Shown here: positions 1 to 11,645 of the stretch, piece by piece | How positions within the stretch are numbered: position 1 is the first letter of the stretch | How the letters are laid out: each line of letters starts with the position of its first letter | Origin: Laetmonice hystrix | Taxonomy: Eukaryota | NCBI GenBank assembly: GCA_965235115.1 | Contig: OZ249438.1 | Span: 9,672,001-9,736,000, forward strand | DNA length: 64,000 nucleotides | Direction of reading: 5' to 3' | The notes under the pieces: generated by a model | What the model was told of the DNA's origin: nothing | Database searches by the model: none | The model's input: the letters and a program-made list of their open reading frames with translations, nothing else | Made by a program: the position numbers and the translations under genes

Positions 1-478
1 GCCCTTACCCGAGTCCCCCACCCACACTCTCCCAACATGTTTACAATATTCACCCATTTCGTTATTTGTACTTACAATGTTAGCAGCTGTTGGAGCTATA
101 TGGTCGTATTGGGTTCAGGGCTGATGGATTAGGGTTCCAAACGGGTGGATTTAGGTTCTACTAAGAGCCAAGACAAGTTGGCGATGTGGATTCTGAACGC
201 TAGCCGGGAGAATTCTAATGAAACTCGATGGGAGAAACCTGTGCGCGATCACAACAACAGAGGCGCAGCGTCAGGCCTGGGGCCAGGCCTTATACACGGG
301 ATTATAAAGCGGGCTATATCTGCCGCTCTGGCTCTCATTAATTAACATGGCAGCATCGGTGTGATGAATAATAAATGGCGCTGTCAAACCGGCACGTTTC
401 AAACCTCGCCGGCCTATATGCCATCAGTGAAGCTATATACAACACGGGGGCCAGAGCACGACCCTGAAACCTTGGGCC

Positions 479-550
479 ATGGTGCACGTCACTGGCACTT
501 GGTGCACGTCTCCGGGCCTTGGTGCACGTCTCTGGCTATTGGTGCACGTT
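479..550. repeat. Short tandem repeat, 20-bp unit, about 4 copies
   Basis: TTGGTGCACGT core recurs every 20 bp. Confidence 0.8.
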
Positions 551-1299
551 TGTGAACCTACACGTCATGTCAATTGCTCATCTTGCAAAATCTTCACCCA
601 TGGAGCAGTTTCCTGGAACCCATTGCAAATCGATGGCTCCTTTCGCAAGGTGCACGCCCCCAACCCGTTCCATTGAGCTTCATGGTCCTATTATCCTGGC
701 ACCAAAACAATCAGGAAATCTCACGCGGTTGTAGATTCAGGCCCTCCAAATATTTCCCCTGGTGCCTGTGGAACACGCGGACCAAATGTTGGCACTAACC
801 CCCATCGTGCCCTCACCATCCTCTGTACAGAAACCTCAGTGAATTCTCTGACTTCCTGCATGCATATTGACATTTACCGGCTATGAGTTCACGTATCGTT
901 ATTGGCCCCCGACCTGGTGAGTGTGGGTGATAGATTGACCCCCCACCTGGCCGGGAGTGGGGGGGGGGGGGGTCGCCGTTCCCCACCAAACGTGCATGGA
1001 CCGACTGATACAGCGCCGCTGCCGCAATCTGGTCGGAAACGGCCCGTCTGGCAGTTCTTGACTTCATTGCTATTAATTCGGCTGGTATGGAATTCTCCAC
1101 GGCTGTTGCCGACCGCTAGGAGCGCTGTGCGTGCCGTAGGTGGTAAGCGGTGACGGATCAGTCACGTCATCAGGTAGGAGGGGCGCCACCTGGCGGAACG
1201 CTGGTGGCTGAGGCGGCGGACCGTGAAGACGCCGCTGCCCGCCGCGTCACGCCCGGCTGGTCAGGGGGGCAGTGTGAACGGAGCTCAGGATGGATGGCT

Positions 1300-1760
1300 T
1301 CACATAGGGGGGTGAAACATGGCTGAAACACTGTGATGGGATGGAGCGGGTGGCTGAAACAAGGGACGCTGTTAGGGGTTGGAGCGGATGGCTGGAACAT
1401 GGGACGCTGTGAGGGGATGGAACGGGTGGCTGAAACAAGGGACGCTCTTGGAACAGAGGTGGCTGAAACAAGAGGTGGACGCTAGGGTGGGATGGAGCGG
1501 GTGGCTGAAACATGGGACGCTGTGATGGGATGGAGTGGGTGGCTGGAACATGGGACGCTGTGATGGGATGGAACGGGTGGCTGGAACAAGGGACGCTGTG
1601 ATGGGATGGAGCGAGTGGCTGGAACATGGGACGCTGTGATGGGATGGAACGGGTGGCTGGAACAAGGGACGCTGTGATGGGAGGGAACGGGCTGCAAATG
1701 GGACGCTGTGATGGGATGGAACGGGTGGCTGGAACAAGGGACGCTGTGATGGGACGCTGT
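1300..1760. repeat. Minisatellite, ~38-bp unit
   Basis: Unit GGGACGCTGTGATGGGATGGAACGGGTGGCTGGAACAA with degenerate edges. Confidence 0.92.
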
Positions 1761-2085
1761 TAGGGGAATTAAAGTTGGGGCTGAATTAAAGGATGCCGTG
1801 ATGGAATATAACAGGGAGACTTAAACAAGGGACGGTCTGATTAGTGTTGACAGGGCAACCGTTCACATGAAAGGCGACATCGATGATAGGATATATGTAA
1901 TCAGTGATTTGTGGGTTTATCCTGCAGGAATTGTTTCCCCATACATCCTACAGCTCCGCTGTCAATGCCGTACTACATTTTCATAATGCAGGCATCCGAG
2001 AGGCGTAATCAGTTTTCTCGTAAAGATTGAATAATAAGTGGAAGCGTTATTACTTCGTTAGTGTTCATGCATAAATGAACGGAGC

Positions 2086-2295
2086 GTCGTCGGCCCGAGG
2101 TGGAGCGGGTCTGAGCAGGCTGTCGTCGGCCAGAGGTGGAGCGGGTCTGAGGAGGATGTCGTCGGCCCGACGTGGAGCGGGTCTGAGGAGGATGTCGTCG
2201 GCCCGAGGTGGAGCGGGTCTGAGGAGGATGTCGTCGGCCCGAGGTGGAGCGGGTCTGAGGAGGATGTCGTCGGCCCGAGGTGGAGGATTCTGAGC
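2086..2295. repeat. Minisatellite, 36-bp unit, about 6 copies
   Basis: Unit GTCGTCGGCCCGAGGTGGAGCGGGTCTGAGGAGGAT. Confidence 0.95.
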
Positions 2296-2596
2296 AGGCT
2301 GTGAGGGGATTGAAGACACTAAACTCGTTGAAAGTAACTCGGGTAGTTGAAAGGCTGAAGACATGGCTCTGGCAGGAATCTCATGTTGGATATTTGTTCA
2401 GTCTTGACTTATTTTCAGTGTGCCAAACCTCAGACTTCATTAAATGGATCCCGTTGAATCATTGAAAAAATCTGACATTTGCTCCGAATTCGATCAAAAT
2501 AAGTTTTAATGGCGGAAGAGGATGTCACTTAGTGAACGTGATTAGTTGTCTTTTTCTTCACCCGTTTCATGACAGCCCTTTCTCTACCGATGTACC

Positions 2597-2812
2597 TGGG
2601 CCGTGCCTGTGTTTATGGGGCTGTGCCGGTATACATAGGGCCGCGCCGGTGTTTATGGGGCCGTGCCGGTGTTTATGGGGCCGTGCCGGTGTGTATCTGG
2701 GCCGTGCCGGTGTTTATGGGGCCGTGCCGGTGTTTATGGGGCCGTGCCGGTGTTTATGGGGCCGTGCCGGTGTTTATGGGGCCGTGCCGGTGTTTATGGG
2801 GCCGTGCCGGTT
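2597..2812. repeat. Minisatellite, 20-bp unit
   Basis: Unit GTTTATGGGGCCGTGCCGGT. Confidence 0.95.
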
Positions 2813-3470
2813 TACCTGATTCATGCCGACGTTCCAGCAACACGGATGAATCACAACAGGTTGGGAAGATTTGGTGCCAGAAAGGCGGCGTCAACGATGG
2901 GAACCAATGGACCCATCGGCGCTGGGCCACCGTGAGACCTATCGGCCCATCATTACGTGACCGGAGATCATCGGCCTATCGGCATTAGATGTGCACAGAC
3001 AATCGGCCTACCAGTGTATGGGCCACCAGTGCCGGTCAGGCGGTGGGAGGGTGGGGTGGGGTTGGGGTGGGGTGGGGGTGGGGGGTTGGCAGTCGGCGGC
3101 CACCGGCATTGTGCCTTGTTGGGAATGACATGGAATCTCACACCTGTGGATATAAATAAGAAATGCTCATTAGAGGCCGGGCGGCGGCTGGCGTGACCCG
3201 GCAGTGAGCGGTATCGATCGTCTCCCGCCCCCCGCCGTCCCAACACCCGCCGGCCGCTGACGGGCCCCCGGCCCCAACAAGCACGACCTCCGCCGGCCCG
3301 GCAGGTAGGGGAGGGGCAACCTGCAATTGGTCATAGCAATTGTTATCGTTTGGTCCTGAATGAGTGAACACATGTAATGGGCTTTGCAAATGGTAATTTG
3401 ATACTTGTATAATTATACATAGAAAAATCATAATTATAGTGCCGTTCGGTGAGTGTTAAAGTAATAGATA

Positions 3471-4468
3471 GGTAGGCTAACACTCCTGGTTGTGGATCAG
3501 GTAGGCTAACACTCCTGGTTGTGGATCAGGTAGGCTAACACTCCTGGTTGTGGATCAGGTAGGCTAACACTCCTGGTTGTGGATCAGGTAGGCTAACACT
3601 CCTGGCTGTGGATCAGGTAGGCTAACACTCCTGGCTGTGGATCAGGTAGGCTAACACTCCTGGTTGTGGATCAGGTAGGCTAACACTCCTGGTTGTGGAT
3701 CAGGTAGGCTAACACTCCTGGCTGTGGATCAGGTAGGCTAACACTCCTGGCTGTGGATCAGGTAGGCTAACACTCATTGGTTGTGGATCAGGTAGGCTAA
3801 CACTCCTGGTTGTGGATCAGGTAGGCTAATACTCCTGGTTGTGGATTAGGTAGGCTAACACTCCTGGTTGTGGATCAGGTAGGCTAACACTCATTGGTTG
3901 TGGATCAGGTAGGCTAACACTCCTGGTTGTGGATCAGGTAGGCTAACACTCCTGGTTGTGGATCAGGTAGGCTAACACTCCTGGTTGTGGATCAGGTAGG
4001 CTAACACTCCTGGTTGTGGATCAGGTACATTGGTTGTGGATCAGGCTGGCTGTGGATCAGGTATTGGTAGGCTAACACTCCTGGTTGTGGATCAGGTATA
4101 GGCTATCACTCCTGGTTGTGGATCAGGTACATTGGTTGTGGATCAGGCTGGCTGTGGATCAGGTAGGGTATACATGATTGGGATGGATTAGGTGTAACAC
4201 AGCTGGTTGTGGATCAGGTAGGCTAACACTCCTGGTTGTGGATCAGGTATAGGCTATCACTCCTGGTTGTGGATCAGGTACATTGGTTGTGGATCAGGCT
4301 GGCTGTGGATCAGGTATTGGTAGGCTAACACTCCTGGTTGTGGATCAGGTAGGCTAACACTCCTGGTTGTGGATCAGGTACATTGGTTGTGGATCAGGCT
4401 GGCTGTGGATCAGGTAGGGTATACATGATTGGGGTGGATTAAGTGTTACACAGCTGGGTGTGGATCAG
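3471..4468. repeat. Minisatellite, 29-bp unit, regular to ~4030, then degenerate with a ~252-bp duplication
   Basis: Unit GTAGGCTAACACTCCTGGTTGTGGATCAG. Confidence 0.96.
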
Positions 4469-5242
4469 CCTGGACTTAAGACAGTTCCAATTTCCGCAAA
4501 GTGTACAAGTGTAGCAAGGGTCAGGTCCGGTGCCTTGGAGTGCTAGGGGGTGGAGGTGGGAGGGGGGGGTAGGATGGAGGCGGGGGGGGGGTAAGCATGG
4601 AGGGGGGGGGGGCTGCTACTTGTGTTGTTAGGCCGTGGGAGAATCTGTAGTGTCTGGGAGTACACTTTATTGTTACCGATCACGGGAAGGTACCATTATC
4701 CCGGAGCGCCTTCGACTAACGTTAACCACCACCTATCACGTCATCGTTACACTTTAACGGCATAATCTAATTTTACCCGAATGACTTCACTCTCATCTAC
4801 ACCGGCAACTCGCCATTATCCGCCAGCTATATCTGTCGTTGTATACCGAACCTCAATTATTGTAAGAAAAAGAGATTTTTACGTCTGACAACTGGAATGA
4901 TGATTGTTTGGAGACTAGCCATTATGGCGACACCTGGGGGTTTGGGATGGGAGCCATCGACTGGTTGTCACTCGGAACTCGGGCATCCTTCGGCTTCACC
5001 CTGACTTTCACTGTCAGCTATACCCAAGGTCACACCAGCGCACCAGCCACAAGCCTTAAGCCACACGTTCGTGACATACTTCAAGTAGTCACGTGGTATG
5101 ATCCAAGGTCACACCGCCCAAGGTCATAACACCACCAAGGTTCACTGCAAGCAAAGATCTATGAATGATCATTCATCGGTCTTTGCTCCAAGAAAGGTCA
5201 CACCTCCCAAGGTCATTCAGACCAAGGTCAAGGTAAACCCAT

Positions 5243-6013
5243 CCTTGGATACGGCAAGGTCAAGGCAAACTCATCCTTGGATACGGCAAGGTCAAGGCAA
5301 ACTCATCCTTGGATACGGCAAGGTCAAGCCAAACTCATCCTTGGATACAAGGTCAAGTCAAACTCATCCTTCGATACGGCAAGGTCAAGGCAAACTCATC
5401 CTTGGATACGGCAAGGTCAGGCCAAACTCATCCTTGGATACGGCAAGGTCAAGGCAAACTCATCCTTGGATAGGGCAAGGTCAAGGCAAACTCATCCTTG
5501 GATAGGGCAAGGTCAAGGCAAACTCATCCTTGGATAGGGCAAGGTCAAGGCAAACTCATCCTTGGATAGGGCAAGGTCAAGGCAAACTCATCCTTGGATA
5601 CAAGGTCAAGTCAAACTCATCCTTCGATACGGCAAGGTCAAGGCAAACTCATCCTTAGATACGGCAAGGTCAGGCCAAACTCATCCTTGGATACGGCAAG
5701 GTCAAGGCAAACTCATCCTTGGATAGGGCAAGGTCAAGGCAAACTCATCCTTGGATAGGGCAAGGTCAAGGCAAACTCATCCTTGGATAGGGCAAGGTCA
5801 AGGCAAACTCATCCTTGGATAGGGCAAGGTCAAGGCAAACTCATCCTTGGATACGGAAAGGTCAAGGCAAACTCATCCTTGGATACAAGGTCAAGGCAAA
5901 CTCATCCTTGGATACGGCAAGGTCAAGGCAAACTCATCATTGGATACGGCAAGGTCAAGGAAAACTCATCCTTGGATACGGCAAGGTCAAGGCAAACTCA
6001 TCCTTGGATACGG
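5243..6013. repeat. Minisatellite, 32-bp unit with shorter variants and a 253-bp higher-order duplication
   Basis: Unit GGATACGGCAAGGTCAAGGCAAACTCATCCTT; the variant block at 5341 recurs at 5594. Confidence 0.96.
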
Positions 6014-6295
6014 CTCACAAACTCGGTTGGCGGTGAAGCGGCACCAAACTAGCTGCAGAAACCGTTTGTAGACAATGGCAAGCAATGAAAGCCATGCACA
6101 CACTTTGAAGGCCTGCAGTTGCTTCCTGAGATTTATGACAGAGGTGTAGTCGTAAACCGTCTTTGGTTAAGGCGGCTATCACAGCCCTCTTGTCAAACAC
6201 GGGGGAGAGTTAATGGCGGTCGTGTCTGTTATGATCGTAAAAAAACCTACTGGGCCGTCCATGATAAACCTGGGACCTGGCTGGTGTAGAGTGCG

Positions 6296-6951
6296 TTATG
6301 ATGGAGGTACGGGACTGACAGCACTGGGGCTGTGTTAGGGCACTCGTTATGATGGAGGTACGGGACTGACAGCACTGGGGCTGTGTTAGGGCACTCGTTA
6401 TGATGGAGGTACGGGACTGACAGCACTGGGGCTGTGTTAGGGCACTCGTTATGATGGAGGTACGGGACTGACAGCACTGGGGCTGTGTTAGGGCACTCGT
6501 TATGATGGAGGTACGGGACTGACAGCACTGGGGCTGTGTTAGGGCACTCGTTATGATGGAGGTACGGGACTGACAGCACTGGGGCTGTGTTAGGGCACTC
6601 GTTATGATGGAGGTACGGGACTGACAGCACTGGGGCTGTGTTAGGGCACTCGTTATGATGGAGGTATGGGACTGACAGCACTGGGGCTGTGTTAGGGCAC
6701 TCGTTATGATGGAGGTACGGGACTGACAGCACTGGGGCTGTGTTAGGGCACTCGTTAGGATGGAGGTACAGGACTGACAGCACTGGGGCTGTGTTAGGGC
6801 ACTCGTTATGATGGAGGTATGGGACTGACAGCACTGGGGCTGTGTTAGGGCACTCGTTAGGATGGAGGCACGGGACTGACAGCACTGGGGCTGTGTTAGG
6901 GCACTCATTATGATGGAGGTACGGGACTGACAGCACTGTGTTAGGGCACTC
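6296..6951. repeat. Minisatellite, 51-bp unit, about 13 copies
   Basis: Unit GTTATGATGGAGGTACGGGACTGACAGCACTGGGGCTGTGTTAGGGCACTC. Confidence 0.96.
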
Positions 6952-7804
6952 GGGGTGGATATGGTAGGGTTGGGCCTGTGATAGGGCACATGATGAAGGG
7001 AGGGGGTGATAGGGCTAGAGCTGTGTGTTCTATCGAAGAAAGGCTTGTTCTGAGGAACCCATCTCGCCGTCACACACCTGCTTTGATGAACCAACGCCTC
7101 CCATAACCTGTTTTGAGGGCCCCTTTCACCTGTTTTGAGGACCCCCAATTCCTAATTTGAGGACCCCCTTCACCTGTGTTCGAGGTTGGTGGGAGTCACA
7201 CGCTGTCTGTAGTGATGACGTCACCCGTGGCCAAGGGTCCACAGCGCCTGGTTGGCAGACAGCCACAGACCTAACCCCATACCGGAGGGACCGGTGACAT
7301 CTTAATTAACCTAGACAGACAACCGACAGCAAGACAGTGCACAGAGACAGCCAGCGGTACCACTGACTGCCCACCCGACCTATACCATACCTGCCGGCCC
7401 AGCCTCTTTCTAAACCACACCCGTGGCTCTGTGTTACAATTACCACAGCCATCTTTTTTTATAATCTTAACTCTCAGCGGTTTACTTTGAGAGAAGCGCA
7501 AGCAATATTTTGTCATTTGTCACGGGCCTGAGGTGGCTGCCAAGAGACGTCACTGCCGTGTGGCTGGCCAGTGCGCCAGAGTGACGGCGACGAAGGCTAT
7601 TAACGGTGGAGGCCCGGGTCAGGTGATACATAACAATTATACCTCCCTACTCCAACATTAATACATGATTCGGCCATTTGGCCCACCTTTTATACCGGGC
7701 GTGTGTCTCTCTCAAGTGCCGGTGATAAAAACTATCCTTTAAAGCTTCGTCATCGGGTCGTAATCTGCGCTGACGAGCGGTAAAAGGTTTCCTTGGTGTT
7801 CGAC

Positions 7805-8459
7805 TTGGGATGGTGAGATCTACGGAATGGAGGAATTATATTGATAGCAAGATGTTCCTAACTCGGGATGGTAAGATCTACGGAATGGAGGAATTATATT
7901 GATGAGCAAGATGTTCCTAACTCGGGATGATGAGATCTACGGAATGGAGGAATTATATTGATAGCAAGATGTTCCTAACTCGGGATGGTGAGATCTACGG
8001 AATGGAGGAATTATATTGATGAGCAAGATGTTCCTAACTCGGGATGATGAGATCTACGGAATGGAGGAATTATTATATTGATGAGCAAGATGTTCCTAAC
8101 TCGGGATGGTGAGATCTACGGAATGGAGGAATTATATTGACGAGCAAGATGTTCCTAACTCGGGATGGTGAGATCTACGGAATGGAGGAATTATATTGAT
8201 AGCAAGATGTTCCTAACTCGGGATGGTAAGATCTACGGAATGGAGGAATTATATTGATGAGCAAGATGTTCCTAACTCGGGATGGTGAGATCTACGGAAT
8301 GGAGGAATTATTATATTGATGAGCAAGATGTTCCTAACTCGGGATGGTGGGGTCTACGAAATGAAGAAATTATTATATTGATGAGCAAGATGTTCCTAAC
8401 TCAGGATGGTGAGATCTACGGAATGGAGGAATTATTATATTGATGAGCAAGATGTTCCT
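7805..8459. repeat. Minisatellite, 58-62-bp unit, about 11 copies
   Basis: Unit CTCGGGATGGTGAGATCTACGGAATGGAGGAATTATATTGATGAGCAAGATGTTCCTAA. Confidence 0.96.
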
Positions 8460-8480
8460 TACGCCGCTTGTGAGGTCTGC

Positions 8481-8730
8481 CCCCTACCCCCGCCCACTGT
8501 GTGACGTATACCCCCTACCCCGCCCACTGTGACGTTTACCCCCTACCCCCGCCTGCCGTGTGACGTGTCCCCCACCCCCTGCCACAGTGTGACTTGTCCC
8601 CCACCCCCGCCTGCCGTGTGACGTATACCCCTAACCCCCGCCCGCCATGTGACGTATACCCCCGCCCGCCATGTGACGTATACCCCCGCCCGCCATGTGA
8701 CGTATACCCCCGCCCACCGTGTGACGTGTC
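8481..8730. repeat. Degenerate minisatellite, ~22-30-bp unit
   Basis: Recurring GTGACGTATACCCC(TACCCC)CGCCC. Confidence 0.85.
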
Positions 8731-9213
8731 CCGGGGTCTGGCAGCTCCGGCTCCGTCAGAACCCGAGACCTGACGGGGTGGTATGCCTGGTCCGTGCCAC
8801 AACTTCACGTAACATCTCTCAGGAATGACAATATTTTCCTTTTCTCCAGCGCCGACTGCCGTCCGCCTCTCGCCTTGGGCCGTGTTAGGGGATGTTACCT
8901 ACACGCAAGCCACCTAACCGACCAAGCTCTCCTTAACCCGGGGGGAGGGGGTATACAACTTACAAGTCACGATTTGATATCACCAATTGGAACATTCCCC
9001 TTGCAGTAGATCAGTCAAATTGATTGAATCCAATATTATCACATCAGTTCAAATTGGTTAAAACCTAATCAACTTCCAGACGTTGTTATAGGAGTGTTCA
9101 TGGCCGGTGTTGTAAATCAAAACGTCAGCACGTGCCCGCCGCACAGACATGGATCAGTACAACGGACGTGTCCACATTGATGTGTTTAGTGACGTATGGA
9201 GGGGTATGTGTTC

Positions 9214-10975
9214 ACAGTGTCCCACAACTGACTGTGGTCACTCGGTGTCCCTCAGGTGACTGTTCACACAGTCCCACAACTGACTGTGGTCACTCGGTGC
9301 CCCTCAGGTGACTTCACACAGTCCCACAACTGACTGTGGTCACTCGGTGTCCCTCAGGTGACTGTTCACACAGTCCCACAACTGACTGTGGTCACTCGGT
9401 GCCCCTCAGGTGACTTCACACAGTCCCACAACTGACTGTGGTCACTCGGTGTCCCTCAGGTGACTGTTCACACAGTCCCACAACTGACTGTGGTCACTCG
9501 GTGCCCCTCAGGTGACTTCATACAGTCCCACAACTGACTGTGGACACTCGGTGCCCCTCAGGTGACTGTTCACACAGTCCCACAACTGACTGTGGTCACT
9601 CGGTGCCCCTCAGGTGACTTCATACAGTCCCACAACTGACTGTGGACACTCGGTGCCCACAGGTGACTCCGTTCATACAGTCCCACAACCGACTGTGGTC
9701 ACTCGGTGCCCCGGAGGTGACTGTTCACACAGTCCCACAACTGACTGTGGACACTCGCTGCCCCTCAGGTGACTGTTCATACAGTCCCACAACTGACTGT
9801 GGTCACTCGGTACCCACAGGTGACTGTTCACACAGTCCCACAACTGACTGTGGTCACTCGGTACCCACAGGTGACTGTTCATACAGTCCCACAACTGACT
9901 GTGGACACTCGGTGCCCACAGGTGACTGTTCATACAGTCCCACAACTGACTGTGGACACTCGGTGCCCACAGGTGACTCCGTTCAGACAGTCCCACAACC
10001 GACTGTGGTCACTCGGTACCCTCAGGTGACTGTTCATACAGTCCCACAACTGACTGTGGTCACTCGGTGCCCACAGGTGACTGTTCATACAGTCCCACAA
10101 CTGACTGTGGACACTCGGTGCCCCTCAGGTGACTTCATACAGTCCCACAACTGACTGTGGTCACTCGGTACCCACAGGTGACTGTTCATACAGTCCCACA
10201 ACTGACTGTGGACACTCGGTGCCCACAGGTGACTCCGTTCAGACAGTCCCACAACCGACTGTGGTCACTCGGTACCCTCAGGTGACTGTTCATACAGTCC
10301 CACAACTGACTGTGGACACTCGGTGCCCTCAGGTGACTGTTCATACAGTCCCACAACTGACTGTGGTCACTCGGTGCCCTTAGGTGACTGTTCATACAGT
10401 CCCACAACTGACTGTGGACACTCGGTGCCCTCAGGTGACTTCACACAGTCCCACAACTGGCTGTGGACACTCGCTGCCCCTCAGGTGACTTCATACCGTC
10501 CCACAACTGACTGTGGACACTCGCTGCCCCTCAGGTGACTGTTCATACAGTCCCACAACTGACTGTGATCACTCGCTGCCCCTCAGGTGACTGTTCATAC
10601 AGTCCCACAACTGACTGTGATCACTCGCTGCCCCTCAGGTGACTTGACACAGTCCCACAACTGACTGTGGTCACTCGGTGCCCCTCAGGTGACTTCTTCC
10701 AGTCCCACAACTGACTGTGGTCACTCGGTGCCCCTCAGGTGACTCCGTTCATACAGTCCCACAACTGACTGTGATCACTCGCTGCCCCTCAGGTGACTTC
10801 ATACCGTCCCACAACTGACTGTGGTCACTCGGTGCCCCTCAGGTGACTTCTTCCAGTCCCACAACTGACTGTGGTCACTCGGTGCCCCTCAGGTGACTCC
10901 GTTCAGACAGTCCCACAACTGACTGTGGACACTCGGTGCCCTCAGGTGACTTCATACAGTCCCACAACTGACTGG
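9214..10975. repeat. Minisatellite, 49-54-bp unit, about 34 copies (longest array in the window)
   Basis: Unit CAGTCCCACAACTGACTGTGGTCACTCGGTGCCCCTCAGGTGACTGTTCATA. Confidence 0.97.
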
Positions 10976-11174
10976 TGTGTACACACAGTCCCTCATTGAC
11001 CACAACCTCCCCGCCCTCCAAATGCCTACCTCCTTACTGCCCTACAACTAGCTGACAGACTTATAACACCGTTCATAGCCCAGCCGCCGACACAAGGACC
11101 GAGTGATTCCAGATGTCGTAGCCGGAAAGTGATCTCTGCACTTCCTTCATGGAATTGGTGTTGACCGCCACAAT

Positions 11175-11645
11175 CCAGCCACATCCTGGTCCAACATCCC
11201 GACCCCATACCACCAGCCACATCCCGGACCCACACCTCGAGCCACATCCCGGTCCAACATCCCGAGCTACATCCCGGACCCACACCCCGAGCCACATCCC
11301 GTACCCACACCCCGAGCCACATCCCAGTCCCACACCCCAAGCCACATCCCGGACCCGGACCCCGAGCCACATCCCGGTCCCACATCCAGCCACATTCCGG
11401 ACCCACATCTCGAGCCACATCACGGCAACACGGTTCCAGCCACATCCCGGTCCCACACCCTGAGCCACATCCCGGACCCACACCCCGAGCCATATCCCAG
11501 TCCCACACCCCGAGCCACATCCCAGTCCCACACCCCGAGCCACACCCCGGTCCTACACCCCGAGCCACATCCCGGTCCTACACCCCGAGCCACATCTCGG
11601 TCCCACACCCCGAGCCACATCACGGCTACACGGCTCCAGCCACCC
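11175..11645. repeat. Minisatellite, 25-bp unit
   Basis: Unit GAGCCACATCCCGGTCCCACACCCC. Confidence 0.93.

Noticed and set aside
6210-7148. 312-aa Cys-rich ORF resembling a keratin-associated or metallothionein-like protein
   Set aside because: Read-through of the 51-bp unit (divisible by 3); no true ATG start or unique domain; another frame is open too.
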